In this document: one piece after another, positions 27,889 through 37,489 of the stretch
Layout: the number at the start of each line of letters is the position of its first letter
Numbering within the stretch: the stretch's first letter is position 1
Source: a virus
Virus record (IMG/VR): IMGVR_UViG_3300005471_000011
Location: 32,001 to 96,000 of that record
Length of the DNA stretch: 64,000 nt
Reading direction: 5' to 3' (one strand)
Program-made: the position numbers and the translations under genes
Notes under the pieces: generated by a model
What the model was told of the DNA's origin: nothing
What the model saw: only the letters and a program-made list of their open reading frames with translations
Database searches by the model: none

Positions 27889-28323
27889 ATGAGCGGTCAA
27901 TCTGCAATCAACGGCAAGTACGGCAAAGCCGTCATCGATGGGACGCTTGTTACGCGCCTGACCAATTGGCGTATCAATCCCATCGCAACGACCAGCGTGT
28001 GGGCGGACAGCGAGAGCGCTGGCTACGCCAACAGCTTGACGGCGCGCAAGCACGCCACGGGCACCATCGGCGGCAAGTTCGACACCAACAAGAAGCCGTA
28101 CACGATCTTCGACGTCGGCGATAACGTCATCTTGGCGCTGTTCAATGAGCTTTCCAGCACGCTCTACTGGCTGTTCCTTTCCGCGAACATCACTTCCTTC
28201 GAAATGGAAACCGACATCGACGGTTTGACCGTGGTTGGATGGACGGCCAACTGGGAAGCGGACGGCATTTTCTACAGCCCGTCGCAAAACAAGCCCATCG
28301 CGGTGACACTGCCATCGTCTTAG
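27889..28323 (+). CDS. Major tail (tube) protein
   Basis: AAGGA RBS; GKYGK, NWRIN, ATGTIGG, ANITSFEME, WTANWEADG; upstream of chaperone and tape measure genes. Confidence 0.65.
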   Translation: MSGQSAINGKYGKAVIDGTLVTRLTNWRINPIATTSVWADSESAGYANSLTARKHATGTIGGKFDTNKKPYTIFDVGDNVILALFNELSSTLYWLFLSANITSFEMETDIDGLTVVGWTANWEADGIFYSPSQNKPIAVTLPSS

Positions 28324-28353
28324 TGAATCGAGCAAGACCGGAGGAGCCTACCT

Positions 28354-28863
28354 TTGGAATCGAACGGAAAGAGCCTCAGCGCCGGCTGCCGCAAGCGGCG
28401 CAACATGCCCATGCAGGACGGGACGCATGTGGAGCTTTACGCTCTGCTGCTGACCGATTTAGCGTTTCTTCAGGAAGAAGCGGCGCACGCCAGGCGCAGG
28501 GAGCTGATCGAAACCTACGTGCGGAATATCGACCTGCTGCCGGATACAATGTCGCCGGAGCAAAAGCTGGAAATCATCAAGGACGCTTTCAGGCGTGCGG
28601 AGGATATTCGCGCCGACACCATCGGCATTGCTGGCGGTGATCAGTGGGCGGACAACACGATGCGAGGGTTGCTCACGCAAATCTGGGTCAGCCTGCGACC
28701 GGGCATACCTGGATTGACGTTTGACCAGACCGCCGAGATGTGGTCCCAGCGCAGCCGCGAAGAGGTCCAGGCAACCGCCGCAGCGGTCCAGGAGATAAGC
28801 AAGCCAACCCTGGGAAACGCATTGCCCCCGGCGGAGATGGCTCCGGCGGGGGCGGGCCGATAG
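28354..28863 (+). CDS. Tail assembly chaperone (gpG-like)
   Basis: GGAGG RBS with TTG start; position between tube and tape measure; slippery site near the end. Confidence 0.7.
   Translation: MESNGKSLSAGCRKRRNMPMQDGTHVELYALLLTDLAFLQEEAAHARRRELIETYVRNIDLLPDTMSPEQKLEIIKDAFRRAEDIRADTIGIAGGDQWADNTMRGLLTQIWVSLRPGIPGLTFDQTAEMWSQRSREEVQATAAAVQEISKPTLGNALPPAEMAPAGAGR
28812..28853 (+). promoter_or_regulatory. Programmed -1 ribosomal frameshift signal
   Basis: G GGA AAC in the correct frame (28812-28818), followed after about 5 nt by the GC-rich stem GCCCCCG..GGAG-ATGG-CTCC..CGGGGGC. Confidence 0.75.
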
Positions 28864-29162
28864 CCTGGGCCAGAATCTTTCGCACGATCTACGTCGAGTC
28901 AATGGGCCGCGTGCTGCCAAACGACCTGGAGCAGCTCACGCTGGACCAATTCTTGATAACATGGCTGAGCAATGAGGAGCTTGGCGCGGGCAAGACGAGC
29001 TTCACACCGGAGGAAGCAGCGGAGAAAGGACTGGACGTGGAAGTGGGCGGCAAGACCGGGGTGCAAATCGCGCTAGAGAAAGCCGCCAAGAAGCGGCGCG
29101 CCGAGGCTCGCGCAGCGCGGATCGCCAAGCGTGCGGCGCGCAAGGAGGTCGCCAATGGCTGA
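28818..29162 (+). CDS. Tail assembly chaperone frameshift extension (gpT-like)
   Basis: -1 frame open to 29162; LPNDLEQLTLDQF motif. Confidence 0.65.
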   Translation, partial: RIAPGGDGSGGGGPIAWARIFRTIYVESMGRVLPNDLEQLTLDQFLITWLSNEELGAGKTSFTPEEAAEKGLDVEVGGKTGVQIALEKAAKKRRAEARAARIAKRAARKEVANG

Positions 29163-30429
29163 CATGCTGGGCGAAGCCTACGTTGTCATCCGCGCCAGCA
29201 TGGACAAGGTGCGCGGCGACTCCGCCAAAGCAGGCGATGAGATCAAGCGCAGCCTGCTACAATCGCTGACAGGTTTTGATCTGCCGGAAGGCATTTCCCC
29301 GAAGATGATTGCCGGGGTTGGCGCTGCTGCGCTGGCAGCGGCCGGTGCCTATGGGGTGTTTCGGACGGCCCAAGCCGAGTGGAACGAGAACATCAAGGAA
29401 GGCACAAAGCTATCCGAGGAGTTCAGTAAAGCTGAGGCGCGGCGGCGGGCGGCGCTGGAGGTCAACAGCCGAGTCGGGTTCAACGTCAGCGAGCTGCGAG
29501 AACAGGCCAAGGTCATCGACGACGCAGTTGCCGGTTCCAAAGCGAAGATCACGGAAGCCCAAACTCAACTGTTGGCTTTCCGAAACATTCAAGGCGACAA
29601 CTTCAAACGGGCCACGAAGGACGCGGTGGATTTGGCGGCGGCGATTGGCTCGGACTTGCCATCGGCGGCGCATCTCTTGGGGCGTTCGCTGAGCGATCCG
29701 GAGCGCGGCATGATGCATCTACGCCGGGCAGGCGTGCTGCTGACGGATACTCAACAGAAGCTCGTGCGGCAGTTCGCCGCCGCCGGCCAATCGGCCAAGG
29801 CGCAGGAAGTCTTGCTAGGCGCCCTAGAAAACCAATACGGCGGATTCGCTGAGAAAGCCGTGCGACCATTAGACCGCCTGAAAAGCGAGCTGGAAGACGT
29901 GCGGAGAAAGATCGGCGACATCATGCAGGAGCGAAAGCCGCTGCTGCTGCAAGTAGAGATTGCTTTCGCGCATGGACAATTGGGGTTGGAGGACGAAGTC
30001 CAGAACCTTCTCACGCCGTTGTCGAAGGCGCTGAACACGACCAGCGACAAGCTGATCAATGGACTAATCGAAAACTCAGCTCGGACATGGGTGATGCTCC
30101 AATCTATGTTTTTTGGTCCGGCTGGCCCAGCAATGATTCTACTTGGAAGGCTGCAACGTGCTCGTCAAAAGCAGTTCGCAGATGCGATGCCGGGCAAGGA
30201 TGGTCATGGCGGTTTGGCACCAGAACCTCCAGAGCGGGAGACGCCGCAGGGAGTCTTCACCGCCATCCAATTATCTAACAAGCTCGACGAAATATACCGC
30301 GGCGACAACCAGCGGAAACTTCTGGATCTGACGGCTGAGGGCAACCAGATCGCCAAGGACGGGTTCAGCACTTTGGCCGAACGACTGAAGCCGCAGAACG
30401 ATACCATCCCCGTCGCGAGGCCCCGATGA
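29155..30429 (+). CDS. Tape measure protein (short, about 424 aa)
   Basis: LGEAYVVIRA, AQTQLLAFRNI, AVDLAAAIGSDL.SAA..LGRSLSDP..G...LRRAGV; helical and Ala-rich. Confidence 0.75.
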   Translation: MADMLGEAYVVIRASMDKVRGDSAKAGDEIKRSLLQSLTGFDLPEGISPKMIAGVGAAALAAAGAYGVFRTAQAEWNENIKEGTKLSEEFSKAEARRRAALEVNSRVGFNVSELREQAKVIDDAVAGSKAKITEAQTQLLAFRNIQGDNFKRATKDAVDLAAAIGSDLPSAAHLLGRSLSDPERGMMHLRRAGVLLTDTQQKLVRQFAAAGQSAKAQEVLLGALENQYGGFAEKAVRPLDRLKSELEDVRRKIGDIMQERKPLLLQVEIAFAHGQLGLEDEVQNLLTPLSKALNTTSDKLINGLIENSARTWVMLQSMFFGPAGPAMILLGRLQRARQKQFADAMPGKDGHGGLAPEPPERETPQGVFTAIQLSNKLDEIYRGDNQRKLLDLTAEGNQIAKDGFSTLAERLKPQNDTIPVARPR

Positions 30430-31451
30430 CCGCAACCTCGGAGCTAACTCGTTCGCGCTTCTCGACGCCAAGGGGGATCAAGTACGCGCTGACCAAGGGG
30501 CCGGACTTCCAGCGCGAAGCGCACGGCAAGACAACGGCCGAAGCTACCTATCGGGTTTACGGGCGGCAGGTATTGGACTTTATCGACGAGATGTTGCCGC
30601 TGCCTTTCATCCGGGACGGCAAGATCATCCAGCCACAGATAACAAGGATAAGAAATACCGTCAGCCAGGCCGGCGGCGGATATCTGTCAGCGGCGCGAAT
30701 CAGTTCCGTCGCGATGGCGGAGCCGGATGGCATCGGGATTATCGATCCATTCAAGCTAGATACGAATGCGGACAGTTTGACAAACGGCCATCAGACCTAC
30801 AGCCGCTATGCGCTGGTGACGATCCAGTACGAGAGCAACATTGACGCGGCGTGGAGCGGCGACCGCACCAACAAGGATGACCCGGTTCGGTTCCTGGACA
30901 TGACAGTTGGTGCGAATTTTGAGTTCTATTCCATCAAGTCGAACAGCAACTTACTCGGAGCCTCTCCTGAATTATCCGTGTCCGCCGGTGCGGCAGTCGC
31001 AACTCCGATCAAAGACCTGACCGCTCCAGTCGTCTATTTACGTCCGCTGGTCGAACACACTGGCCATTGGGCCTGGGCCGTGAACCCAAACTTCGGAAAA
31101 ATATGGGAGCAACTTGGCTCGGTCAATTCGAAGAAGCTGAGCTACATCAAGGATGCCGAGCCGGAGACGGTGATGTTCATGGGGATCGCTGGCAGGCAGG
31201 AATACCGCCATGCCGGGAACTCACGGACGCTTCGCACGTGGGCGCTTGATTTTAGGTTTCTTCAGCGGCAGATTCGCGCACCGGCAATCGTCAACGGACT
31301 GGAGTCAACGGTGCTCTGCGGTTGGAATCACACCTACGATGCCAGCACGCAAAGCTTCATCCGGCTGTATCGAAGGCCAAGTCCAAACGCTTCTCGCGTT
31401 CCTCTGTATCGGCTTTCCGACTTCTCTGACCTCTATGAGACTGGGCCATAA
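30426..31451 (+). CDS. Tail tip / distal tail protein
   Basis: Directly after the tape measure gene; VN...PETVMFMG, GWNH, PLY..DFS.L. Confidence 0.55.
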   Translation: MTATSELTRSRFSTPRGIKYALTKGPDFQREAHGKTTAEATYRVYGRQVLDFIDEMLPLPFIRDGKIIQPQITRIRNTVSQAGGGYLSAARISSVAMAEPDGIGIIDPFKLDTNADSLTNGHQTYSRYALVTIQYESNIDAAWSGDRTNKDDPVRFLDMTVGANFEFYSIKSNSNLLGASPELSVSAGAAVATPIKDLTAPVVYLRPLVEHTGHWAWAVNPNFGKIWEQLGSVNSKKLSYIKDAEPETVMFMGIAGRQEYRHAGNSRTLRTWALDFRFLQRQIRAPAIVNGLESTVLCGWNHTYDASTQSFIRLYRRPSPNASRVPLYRLSDFSDLYETGP

Positions 31452-32935
31452 TGCTTCGCGCAGACTTCCGCGACACACCGATGATCCCGACCGGGGGACT
31501 GCTCAATGAGATGAGCGGTGGCGTCAACGCTGTCCAACCCGCTGGGCTATCGAGCTTCAATCAGGGGATATTTGGAAAGCACGTCGGGACGCCAGAAACG
31601 ATCATCGGTACGGCGGTGATCACGGATGACAGCAACCTCTGCCAGATTCCTGCAGGCCAGACGGAGACAGATGCCCCATGCGGGCGCGAAGGAAAGTACG
31701 CGGCGGTCTTTCGCTACCACGACGGCAACCGCTGGCAGAACCGCGAGACGGTGCTGCGGATCGACGCGGGAGGCTACCACAATGGTACGCCTGGGCAAGG
31801 CAACATCCCCATCTACGGCGTCGGCGACGTCGTCCCGGCGTTCTACGATCAGCAGAGGCTGTGGTGCATCCCCATCCAGTCGCCGCCCGACAGGGATTGC
31901 GTGGCGGCGTTCCGCGGGCAGACAAATCAAGGCGTGCCGCGCGGCCAAGCGGGGGACTGCCTATCTCCGGATGCTGCGGAGGTTCATTGCCAGCAGTTCC
32001 GCTCTTCGTTCGGCAATTGGAAGTCATTGACGCCAAAGCTGATCTTTCCACCTATGCGGCAGAAGGACGGGCACATAATTGCGCAGTGCAGCGCGATCAC
32101 GGTCTTGCACCACATGGAAGAGGTCCGGCTGGCTTGCGTCATGCATCAGCACTCGCGAGCGGTGCTGCGGATTCCCGGCCACGGCATCGACTTTCGGTTC
32201 ATCGCCAAGCTTGGCGCCGGCGCAGGTTCCGGAGTGGCACCGCTGATCAACACTCCCAAGGGCGTGGCGACTCTGGGCGGGCTTGCCAAATACGCGGAAT
32301 CCTCCGGCAGGTTCATCGGCTCGCCGGCGGTTCTGTCTTTCGGCAATTCCATCCGCGTGGCGATGGCCAGCGCCAACGATGAGTGGTTGGTGGAGCTGAC
32401 CTGGGGCGCGGAGGTCATCCAGGACAATCTGACGACGTTCGCCAAGATCAAGGTGCCGCCGGGGGACAGCTCCGGCAACACCTTGCAAACCGGCGAGTTC
32501 ATGGACCCCATCGAGGACGCTTACCACGATGCGATCCTGGTCAAAGACCACACCGGCGCAGAGTACACGGATCGCACGATGAGAATCTGGCTGTCCTTTA
32601 TCGACCGCTGGTCATCGGACATTGTCGCAGGGGAGCAGGGCAGGGTTTATGGTCCCGTGGAGTACGCCGGCATCGTCACTGCCGGCGGCGAAGAACGACC
32701 GCTATATGTGACGACGGCAATCGAGGAGGAGTATTTTGCCAAGACCGTTAACGGCAGCGGCACGATGGCGAAGGATACCAGCGAGAGCTTCCTGCTGTAC
32801 TACAAGAACTGGCAGCCATCTAAGGTGACGAAGAACGCTACAAGTTCCTTCGGCGCGATCAAGCGTGGCAAACGGTGCGTGCTCAAGCGCATGAACGGGT
32901 TCCTGGTCGCCAGCCAAGCGGAGTGCGGCTCGTGA
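31451..32935 (+). CDS. Tail-associated protein
   Basis: Coupled ORF in the tail module. Confidence 0.55.
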   Translation: MLRADFRDTPMIPTGGLLNEMSGGVNAVQPAGLSSFNQGIFGKHVGTPETIIGTAVITDDSNLCQIPAGQTETDAPCGREGKYAAVFRYHDGNRWQNRETVLRIDAGGYHNGTPGQGNIPIYGVGDVVPAFYDQQRLWCIPIQSPPDRDCVAAFRGQTNQGVPRGQAGDCLSPDAAEVHCQQFRSSFGNWKSLTPKLIFPPMRQKDGHIIAQCSAITVLHHMEEVRLACVMHQHSRAVLRIPGHGIDFRFIAKLGAGAGSGVAPLINTPKGVATLGGLAKYAESSGRFIGSPAVLSFGNSIRVAMASANDEWLVELTWGAEVIQDNLTTFAKIKVPPGDSSGNTLQTGEFMDPIEDAYHDAILVKDHTGAEYTDRTMRIWLSFIDRWSSDIVAGEQGRVYGPVEYAGIVTAGGEERPLYVTTAIEEEYFAKTVNGSGTMAKDTSESFLLYYKNWQPSKVTKNATSSFGAIKRGKRCVLKRMNGFLVASQAECGS

Positions 32936-32940
32936 TCGGC

Positions 32941-33672
32941 ATGGCTGGAGAAATCTGCTGCTGCGGAATGCCGGTTGTCGCTCTATGGACGCTGGACTCA
33001 AGTTGGCACTACGCACAGCTTTGCAGCTTCGAGTCGGCCGACGGGTGCTTCCCGACGGTGGCTTTGACGGCACCACCTTGCGCCAGCGCTTCCATCGAAT
33101 GCCCGACGAAACCGGAGACGGACCCGGACGGTAGCGGGGTTGGCACACCAAAGTCCAGCGACATCGACCGATGGAACGAAGATCGAATCGCACTGAACAC
33201 GTACCGGTCCGCGCACGAGGACCGCTGGCCAATCGCTATCGGGGAGCTTGGAGGTAAGTTCCGCAACTGGGCCGGAGTCATCGGCGCTCTAATGCCTAGC
33301 GGGGAGGCCAACGCCAAGGACACCTACGGCGACGTGGAAATAAGATTCACGGGGACCAGCCCCACGGCTCGTGTCACGCTCGCGGATCTCCAAGACTTAT
33401 TTGACGACTTGTTCGCCAAGCACAACTTGGGTGGCAAGACGGGGACGGCGACGCTTCTGCTCGGCGTTGATAATTCAGGATCGATCACGCTCAGCCAATG
33501 GCCAGCGGCGGTCAAGGCGAGTTTTTTGGCTTACATTGCCTCGGACTATCCCAACGTGACCATCCGCGAATACACATTGACCATCGCTTTGTCTTCGGGG
33601 GACACGGAGCGGTGGCTGAAGCAGATCAAAGATCAATATCAAATCTTAATTCAAGCAGCGGAGGGGCCGTGA
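32941..33672 (+). CDS. Cys-rich N-terminus protein with DxSxS (vWA MIDAS-like) motif
   Basis: EICCCG; LLLGVDNSGSI. Confidence 0.5.
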   Translation: MAGEICCCGMPVVALWTLDSSWHYAQLCSFESADGCFPTVALTAPPCASASIECPTKPETDPDGSGVGTPKSSDIDRWNEDRIALNTYRSAHEDRWPIAIGELGGKFRNWAGVIGALMPSGEANAKDTYGDVEIRFTGTSPTARVTLADLQDLFDDLFAKHNLGGKTGTATLLLGVDNSGSITLSQWPAAVKASFLAYIASDYPNVTIREYTLTIALSSGDTERWLKQIKDQYQILIQAAEGP

Positions 33673-33980
33673 AGTGCGACCCGCAAAAGATCGGCGTGGC
33701 GATGGCCGTGTGCCGAGTCTGCAGACAGCCGTTGCAAGGAGATTCCTTGCCGGACTGTCCAGGACCAGGGACAGCGCAGCCTGCCTCGCCGCAATCCACC
33801 AACGAGTTCACCGCCCAGGAGATTGCGGTGCTGCTGCCGGGCATCGAGGATCAGACTTTGATCGGGAACAGGTTGGCGGCAATGTTCAAGGAAATTGGCT
33901 TTCCGCCGTGCGAAGCCTGCGACGACAGGCGAGCGTATCTGAACCGCGCTGAACTTTGGCTGCGAAACTATCTCGGATAG
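33669..33980 (+). CDS. Small Cys-rich protein
   Basis: GTG overlaps the upstream stop; CRVC, IGNRLA..FKEIG.PPCEAC..RRAYLN. Confidence 0.55.
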   Translation: MKCDPQKIGVAMAVCRVCRQPLQGDSLPDCPGPGTAQPASPQSTNEFTAQEIAVLLPGIEDQTLIGNRLAAMFKEIGFPPCEACDDRRAYLNRAELWLRNYLG

Positions 33981-34028
33981 TGCCGCGAGACTCGCGGTGA
34001 TATGCTTTGAGGCAACAGGAATCCAAGC

Positions 34029-35741
34029 ATGGGCGTCAGGTCTGCCACCGGCACATTCTCCTTGCTGGCCAAGGTGGAGTTGACCAATGCGCAGGACGAT
34101 GCCCAAACCGGCACGGCCAACCTGGGCACGTTCATCCGGCAAGCCCTGGAAAACGGCGTCGCGGAAAACCAGATCGACAGGGCCTGGAGCAACCAAAGCG
34201 GCTACTTGCAATCCGGGGAAACGCTGGACATCTCCCTGAGCACCTTTGCCAACCAGAACCTGGGCATGGGCCACGGCAAGGATGCGCTGGGCCAGACGAT
34301 GGACCTGCTGGCGATTGTCGGATTCGGTTTGACGCAGACCGCCGGCGCCGGCCGCCTTGAATTGAATCCCAGCCTGCCGGCGAGTAATGCGACATGGGTG
34401 CCAACTTTGAGTGTCGCTAACGGCGGCGCGTTCTATCCGGGCCGGGCAATCGCATTGTTTGCGCCGGGAGAACCGGCGATTAACATCACCCCCGGCAGCG
34501 CGGACGTCATCCGCTTGAAGGCGACGGGCGGTGACGTCAACTATTCCCTGGCGATTCTGGGCCGGCACGACGAGGAGGAAAGCAGCTCGTCCAGCACGAG
34601 CAGCACTTCGTCCGTGAGTAGCTCGTCATCGAGCACGAGCACGAGCACCAGCTCCCAGAGCACGGAATCCAGCAGCACGACTTCGAGCGTTTCTAGTTCA
34701 TCTACGAGCGCAGACACTTCCAGCGTCAGCTCGTCCAGTAGCTCGACCTCGTCAGTATCTTCCAGCTCAACCAGCAGCGTCAGTTCATCGAGCAGTTCGA
34801 AGTCCGGTGAGAGTTCAACACGGTCGAGTTCATCCACCTCTTCGGCATCGAGTTCGAGCACGTCTTCGGCTAGTAGCAGCTCCACAAGTTCGGCGTCGTC
34901 TAGTTCCACCAGTTCGGTGTCGAGCAGCAGCAGCTCCCAGAGCTTCTCGTCCGCGTCATCCAGTTCCACGAGCACGCTATCGAGTTCCAGCACTTCAAGC
35001 GCAAGCTCGTCAAGCTCGTCGAGTTCGAGTTCGTCGAGTCAGTCGGCTTCTAGCCAGTCCAGCCTTTCCTCCTCCAGTACAAGCAGTGCATCGTCATCAT
35101 CGTCCAGCACGCTGACCGGAAATCTGCGATTCTCCGATTCATTCAACCGTGAGCTTCTGGGATTGACAGACGGATTGGGCTATACCGCGGCAGGGTTTGA
35201 AGATCTTGGAACCGGAGGAAGCGGCTTTGACTTAAATTCCGCCAACGGGGCGAACATCGTAGCGAACAAGATGCGTCTCAATTACGTCGATGGAGACGCG
35301 GAAGTCAACGTCATCATTTTCCCGAACGTCAACGGGGACATCTACGCCTATTATCGCCTTGCATTTCTTGGGACGTCCTCGTTCGTCGCGCTGCGCCTCT
35401 ACACGGCGAGCGATCTATCCACCTGGGTGGAAGTGCGGTTCACAAACGCGGTGGACGAGTTCGACAACGACAAAATCTCGATCCGGACGCAAAGCGCCAC
35501 GCTCGACGAGGAAATTGCCGGCAGTGCCGTTCCTAATGTATATCTCCAGTTGGAGGGAACTGTCCTGTCCGCCCAGTGGGAGGACGTTGTCGTGTCCGCT
35601 GATCTTGGTTCAGTGCCGACGTTCTACCGCGCCGCCATCGTCGCGCAGAACAAGGACCTGGACACCGGGATCGCGCACGAGTTCGACAACTGGTTTGTCT
35701 GCACGGTGGTCCCGACCGGCACTTCCACTTGGCCGCTCTAA
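34029..35741 (+). CDS. Virion protein family paralog 2: shared domain, about 175-aa Ser tract, C-terminal lectin-like domain
   Basis: Shared domain ends GRHDEEE; the C-domain starts FSDSFNR and ends EFDNW. Confidence 0.75.
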   Translation: MGVRSATGTFSLLAKVELTNAQDDAQTGTANLGTFIRQALENGVAENQIDRAWSNQSGYLQSGETLDISLSTFANQNLGMGHGKDALGQTMDLLAIVGFGLTQTAGAGRLELNPSLPASNATWVPTLSVANGGAFYPGRAIALFAPGEPAINITPGSADVIRLKATGGDVNYSLAILGRHDEEESSSSSTSSTSSVSSSSSSTSTSTSSQSTESSSTTSSVSSSSTSADTSSVSSSSSSTSSVSSSSTSSVSSSSSSKSGESSTRSSSSTSSASSSSTSSASSSSTSSASSSSTSSVSSSSSSQSFSSASSSSTSTLSSSSTSSASSSSSSSSSSSSQSASSQSSLSSSSTSSASSSSSSTLTGNLRFSDSFNRELLGLTDGLGYTAAGFEDLGTGGSGFDLNSANGANIVANKMRLNYVDGDAEVNVIIFPNVNGDIYAYYRLAFLGTSSFVALRLYTASDLSTWVEVRFTNAVDEFDNDKISIRTQSATLDEEIAGSAVPNVYLQLEGTVLSAQWEDVVVSADLGSVPTFYRAAIVAQNKDLDTGIAHEFDNWFVCTVVPTGTSTWPL

Positions 35742-35744
35742 CCC

Positions 35745-36449
35745 ATGTCCAGCCGCGAAGCTACCGCCGATATCAAACTCGTCCTGGAGGCGACGATTGT
35801 CAATGCGCTGCCCGATGGGCAGGAGCCATCGGCAGGGCTAGGACTGACGGTCGCTACTAAGTTCGACAGCGGCACATCCGAGAATCAGTACAACCGCGAA
35901 TGGGAGGACAAGCGAACGCTGCTGTCCGGCGCTTCGGAAGACTTGGACTTTTTCGACTTCACGGGATTCGACATCGGTGCAGGAGCGGGCAAGGATGCCT
36001 TGGGGCAGGACTTGCGGTTGCAGGAAATCGTCACGCTGATCATTCAGCAGACCGGCGGCGATGGAAAGCTGGAAATCAACGCGACCGATCCTACGGGCAT
36101 GCTGCTGTGGGTGCGCAGGTTCACAGTGGCCAATGGCGCGGCGACAGGTAAGACGTTGCTGTTCATGCACTCGCCGGGCGAGATCGGCTATCCGGTGATT
36201 GAAGGATCTTCATTCGAAGTCCGGGTAAGTGCCAACGGCGGGGACGTTGAATACACGGTCGTCGTGCTGGGGCGCGACACCGAAGAAGAATCTACGAGCA
36301 GCCGGTCATCGAGCAGCTCCAGCGTCAGCAGTATTTCCAGCAGCTCGACAAGTTCACGGTCCAGTTCGTCCACGAGCAGCGCGAGTAGTTCGTCAGTATC
36401 TAGCAGCTCGACGAGCAGCGTATCCTCTTCCAGTAGCAGTTCGTCATGA
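35745..36449 (+). CDS. Virion protein family paralog 3 with C-terminal Ser tract
   Basis: Shared domain ends GRDTEEE; Ser tract runs to the stop. Confidence 0.75.
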   Translation: MSSREATADIKLVLEATIVNALPDGQEPSAGLGLTVATKFDSGTSENQYNREWEDKRTLLSGASEDLDFFDFTGFDIGAGAGKDALGQDLRLQEIVTLIIQQTGGDGKLEINATDPTGMLLWVRRFTVANGAATGKTLLFMHSPGEIGYPVIEGSSFEVRVSANGGDVEYTVVVLGRDTEEESTSSRSSSSSSVSSISSSSTSSRSSSSTSSASSSSVSSSSTSSVSSSSSSSS

Positions 36450-37489
36450 GCCAGGAAACACGCGCGGAAGGAATCGCCCGACGCCGGCGGGAGCGTGAGG
36501 CTCGCAAGGCGGCGAGGGAAGCCAAAAGCCAGCAGCGGCAGGCGCAACGCGAGGCAATGGGCGGACCCATGCCGGAAGCAATGGCCGATCCCGGCACGGA
36601 TGATCCGCTGGAGGTCTGCGACCGGGACAAGCGGCCGACGCACGCCATGCGCAACCAGTGGGCGGGCTGCGCGGCGTTCCTCGTCTGCGGGGGACCGAGC
36701 CTGCGGCAGATCGACCTATCGTTCCTGCGCGAGCGCGGGATCGTTTCGCTTGGCATCAACAACGTCGCGGGATACGCTCCCGTCCGCGCGTGGTGCTACA
36801 GCGACTCCACACACAAGTTCCACCACGGGATATTCTTCGATCCCAACATCATCAAGTTCGTTCCCAAGCCGAGATTAGAGAAGAACGACAAGAGCCGCGT
36901 GCGCGCCAAGCTGCCGGACGGAACGTTTCGCTGGACCGGCAGGCACGTTTCGCAGTGTCCCAACGTGTTCGGGTTCCCTCGCGAGACGAAGTTCTTCCCG
37001 GAGCAGTTCTTCTCGCTGCCGTATGCCAGTTGGGGTGCGAGCGACAAGCACCCGGAGATGAACTACCGCGCAAAAAACATTTTCACGTTCTTCATCGGGT
37101 TCCGGCTGCTCCACTACCTGGGCGTGCGACGGGTTTACATGTTGGGCGTGGACTTCAAGATGGACGCCGCGCAGGGTTATGCTTTCGGTCAGGCGCGCTG
37201 GCCCGGCGCCGTCAACGGCAACAACGGCAAGTACCGGATCGCCACGGGCATGCTCCAGGAGTTGCGCCCGCATTTCGAGAAGGCTGGGTTCGAGGTTTAT
37301 CAGACCAACCCGGACAGCGCGCTGCGGGTATTCGATTACGTTCCGCTGGCGACCGCCATCCAGGATTGCCGGGGAGCGGTTCCGCCGGAACCGTGGTCAG
37401 AAGATGCCTTGGAGGGGTGGTACGAAGATATCACCCCGGAAGGGCAGCAGAAGCCGACGGATGCGCCAGAAACCGCAGAAGAGGACTGA
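36446..37489 (+). CDS. Maf / MptE / CstII-fold putative glycosyltransferase
   Basis: AFLVCGGPSL, LGINN, LHYLGVRRVYMLGVDF, VYQTN..S.L..F. Confidence 0.6.
   Translation: MSQETRAEGIARRRREREARKAAREAKSQQRQAQREAMGGPMPEAMADPGTDDPLEVCDRDKRPTHAMRNQWAGCAAFLVCGGPSLRQIDLSFLRERGIVSLGINNVAGYAPVRAWCYSDSTHKFHHGIFFDPNIIKFVPKPRLEKNDKSRVRAKLPDGTFRWTGRHVSQCPNVFGFPRETKFFPEQFFSLPYASWGASDKHPEMNYRAKNIFTFFIGFRLLHYLGVRRVYMLGVDFKMDAAQGYAFGQARWPGAVNGNNGKYRIATGMLQELRPHFEKAGFEVYQTNPDSALRVFDYVPLATAIQDCRGAVPPEPWSEDALEGWYEDITPEGQQKPTDAPETAEED

Noticed and set aside
7436-36446. Ser tracts as microsatellite slippage or diversity-generating retroelement repeats
   Set aside because: Codons are heterogeneous with no long exact DNA repeats, and no reverse transcriptase gene is in the window.
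7369-36643. Leu/Glu/Asp-rich - strand ORFs opposite the Ser tracts (e.g. 7369-8172, 21804-22358, 22362-23246, 27312-27842, 34541-34993)
   Set aside because: They are antisense shadows of Ser codons; the + strand frames are embedded in coupled operons.
36658-37488. N-terminal 277-aa extension of the exonuclease ORF
   Set aside because: Overlaps the Maf-like gene in another frame; the exonuclease motifs begin at ATG 37489, which is coupled to the upstream stop.
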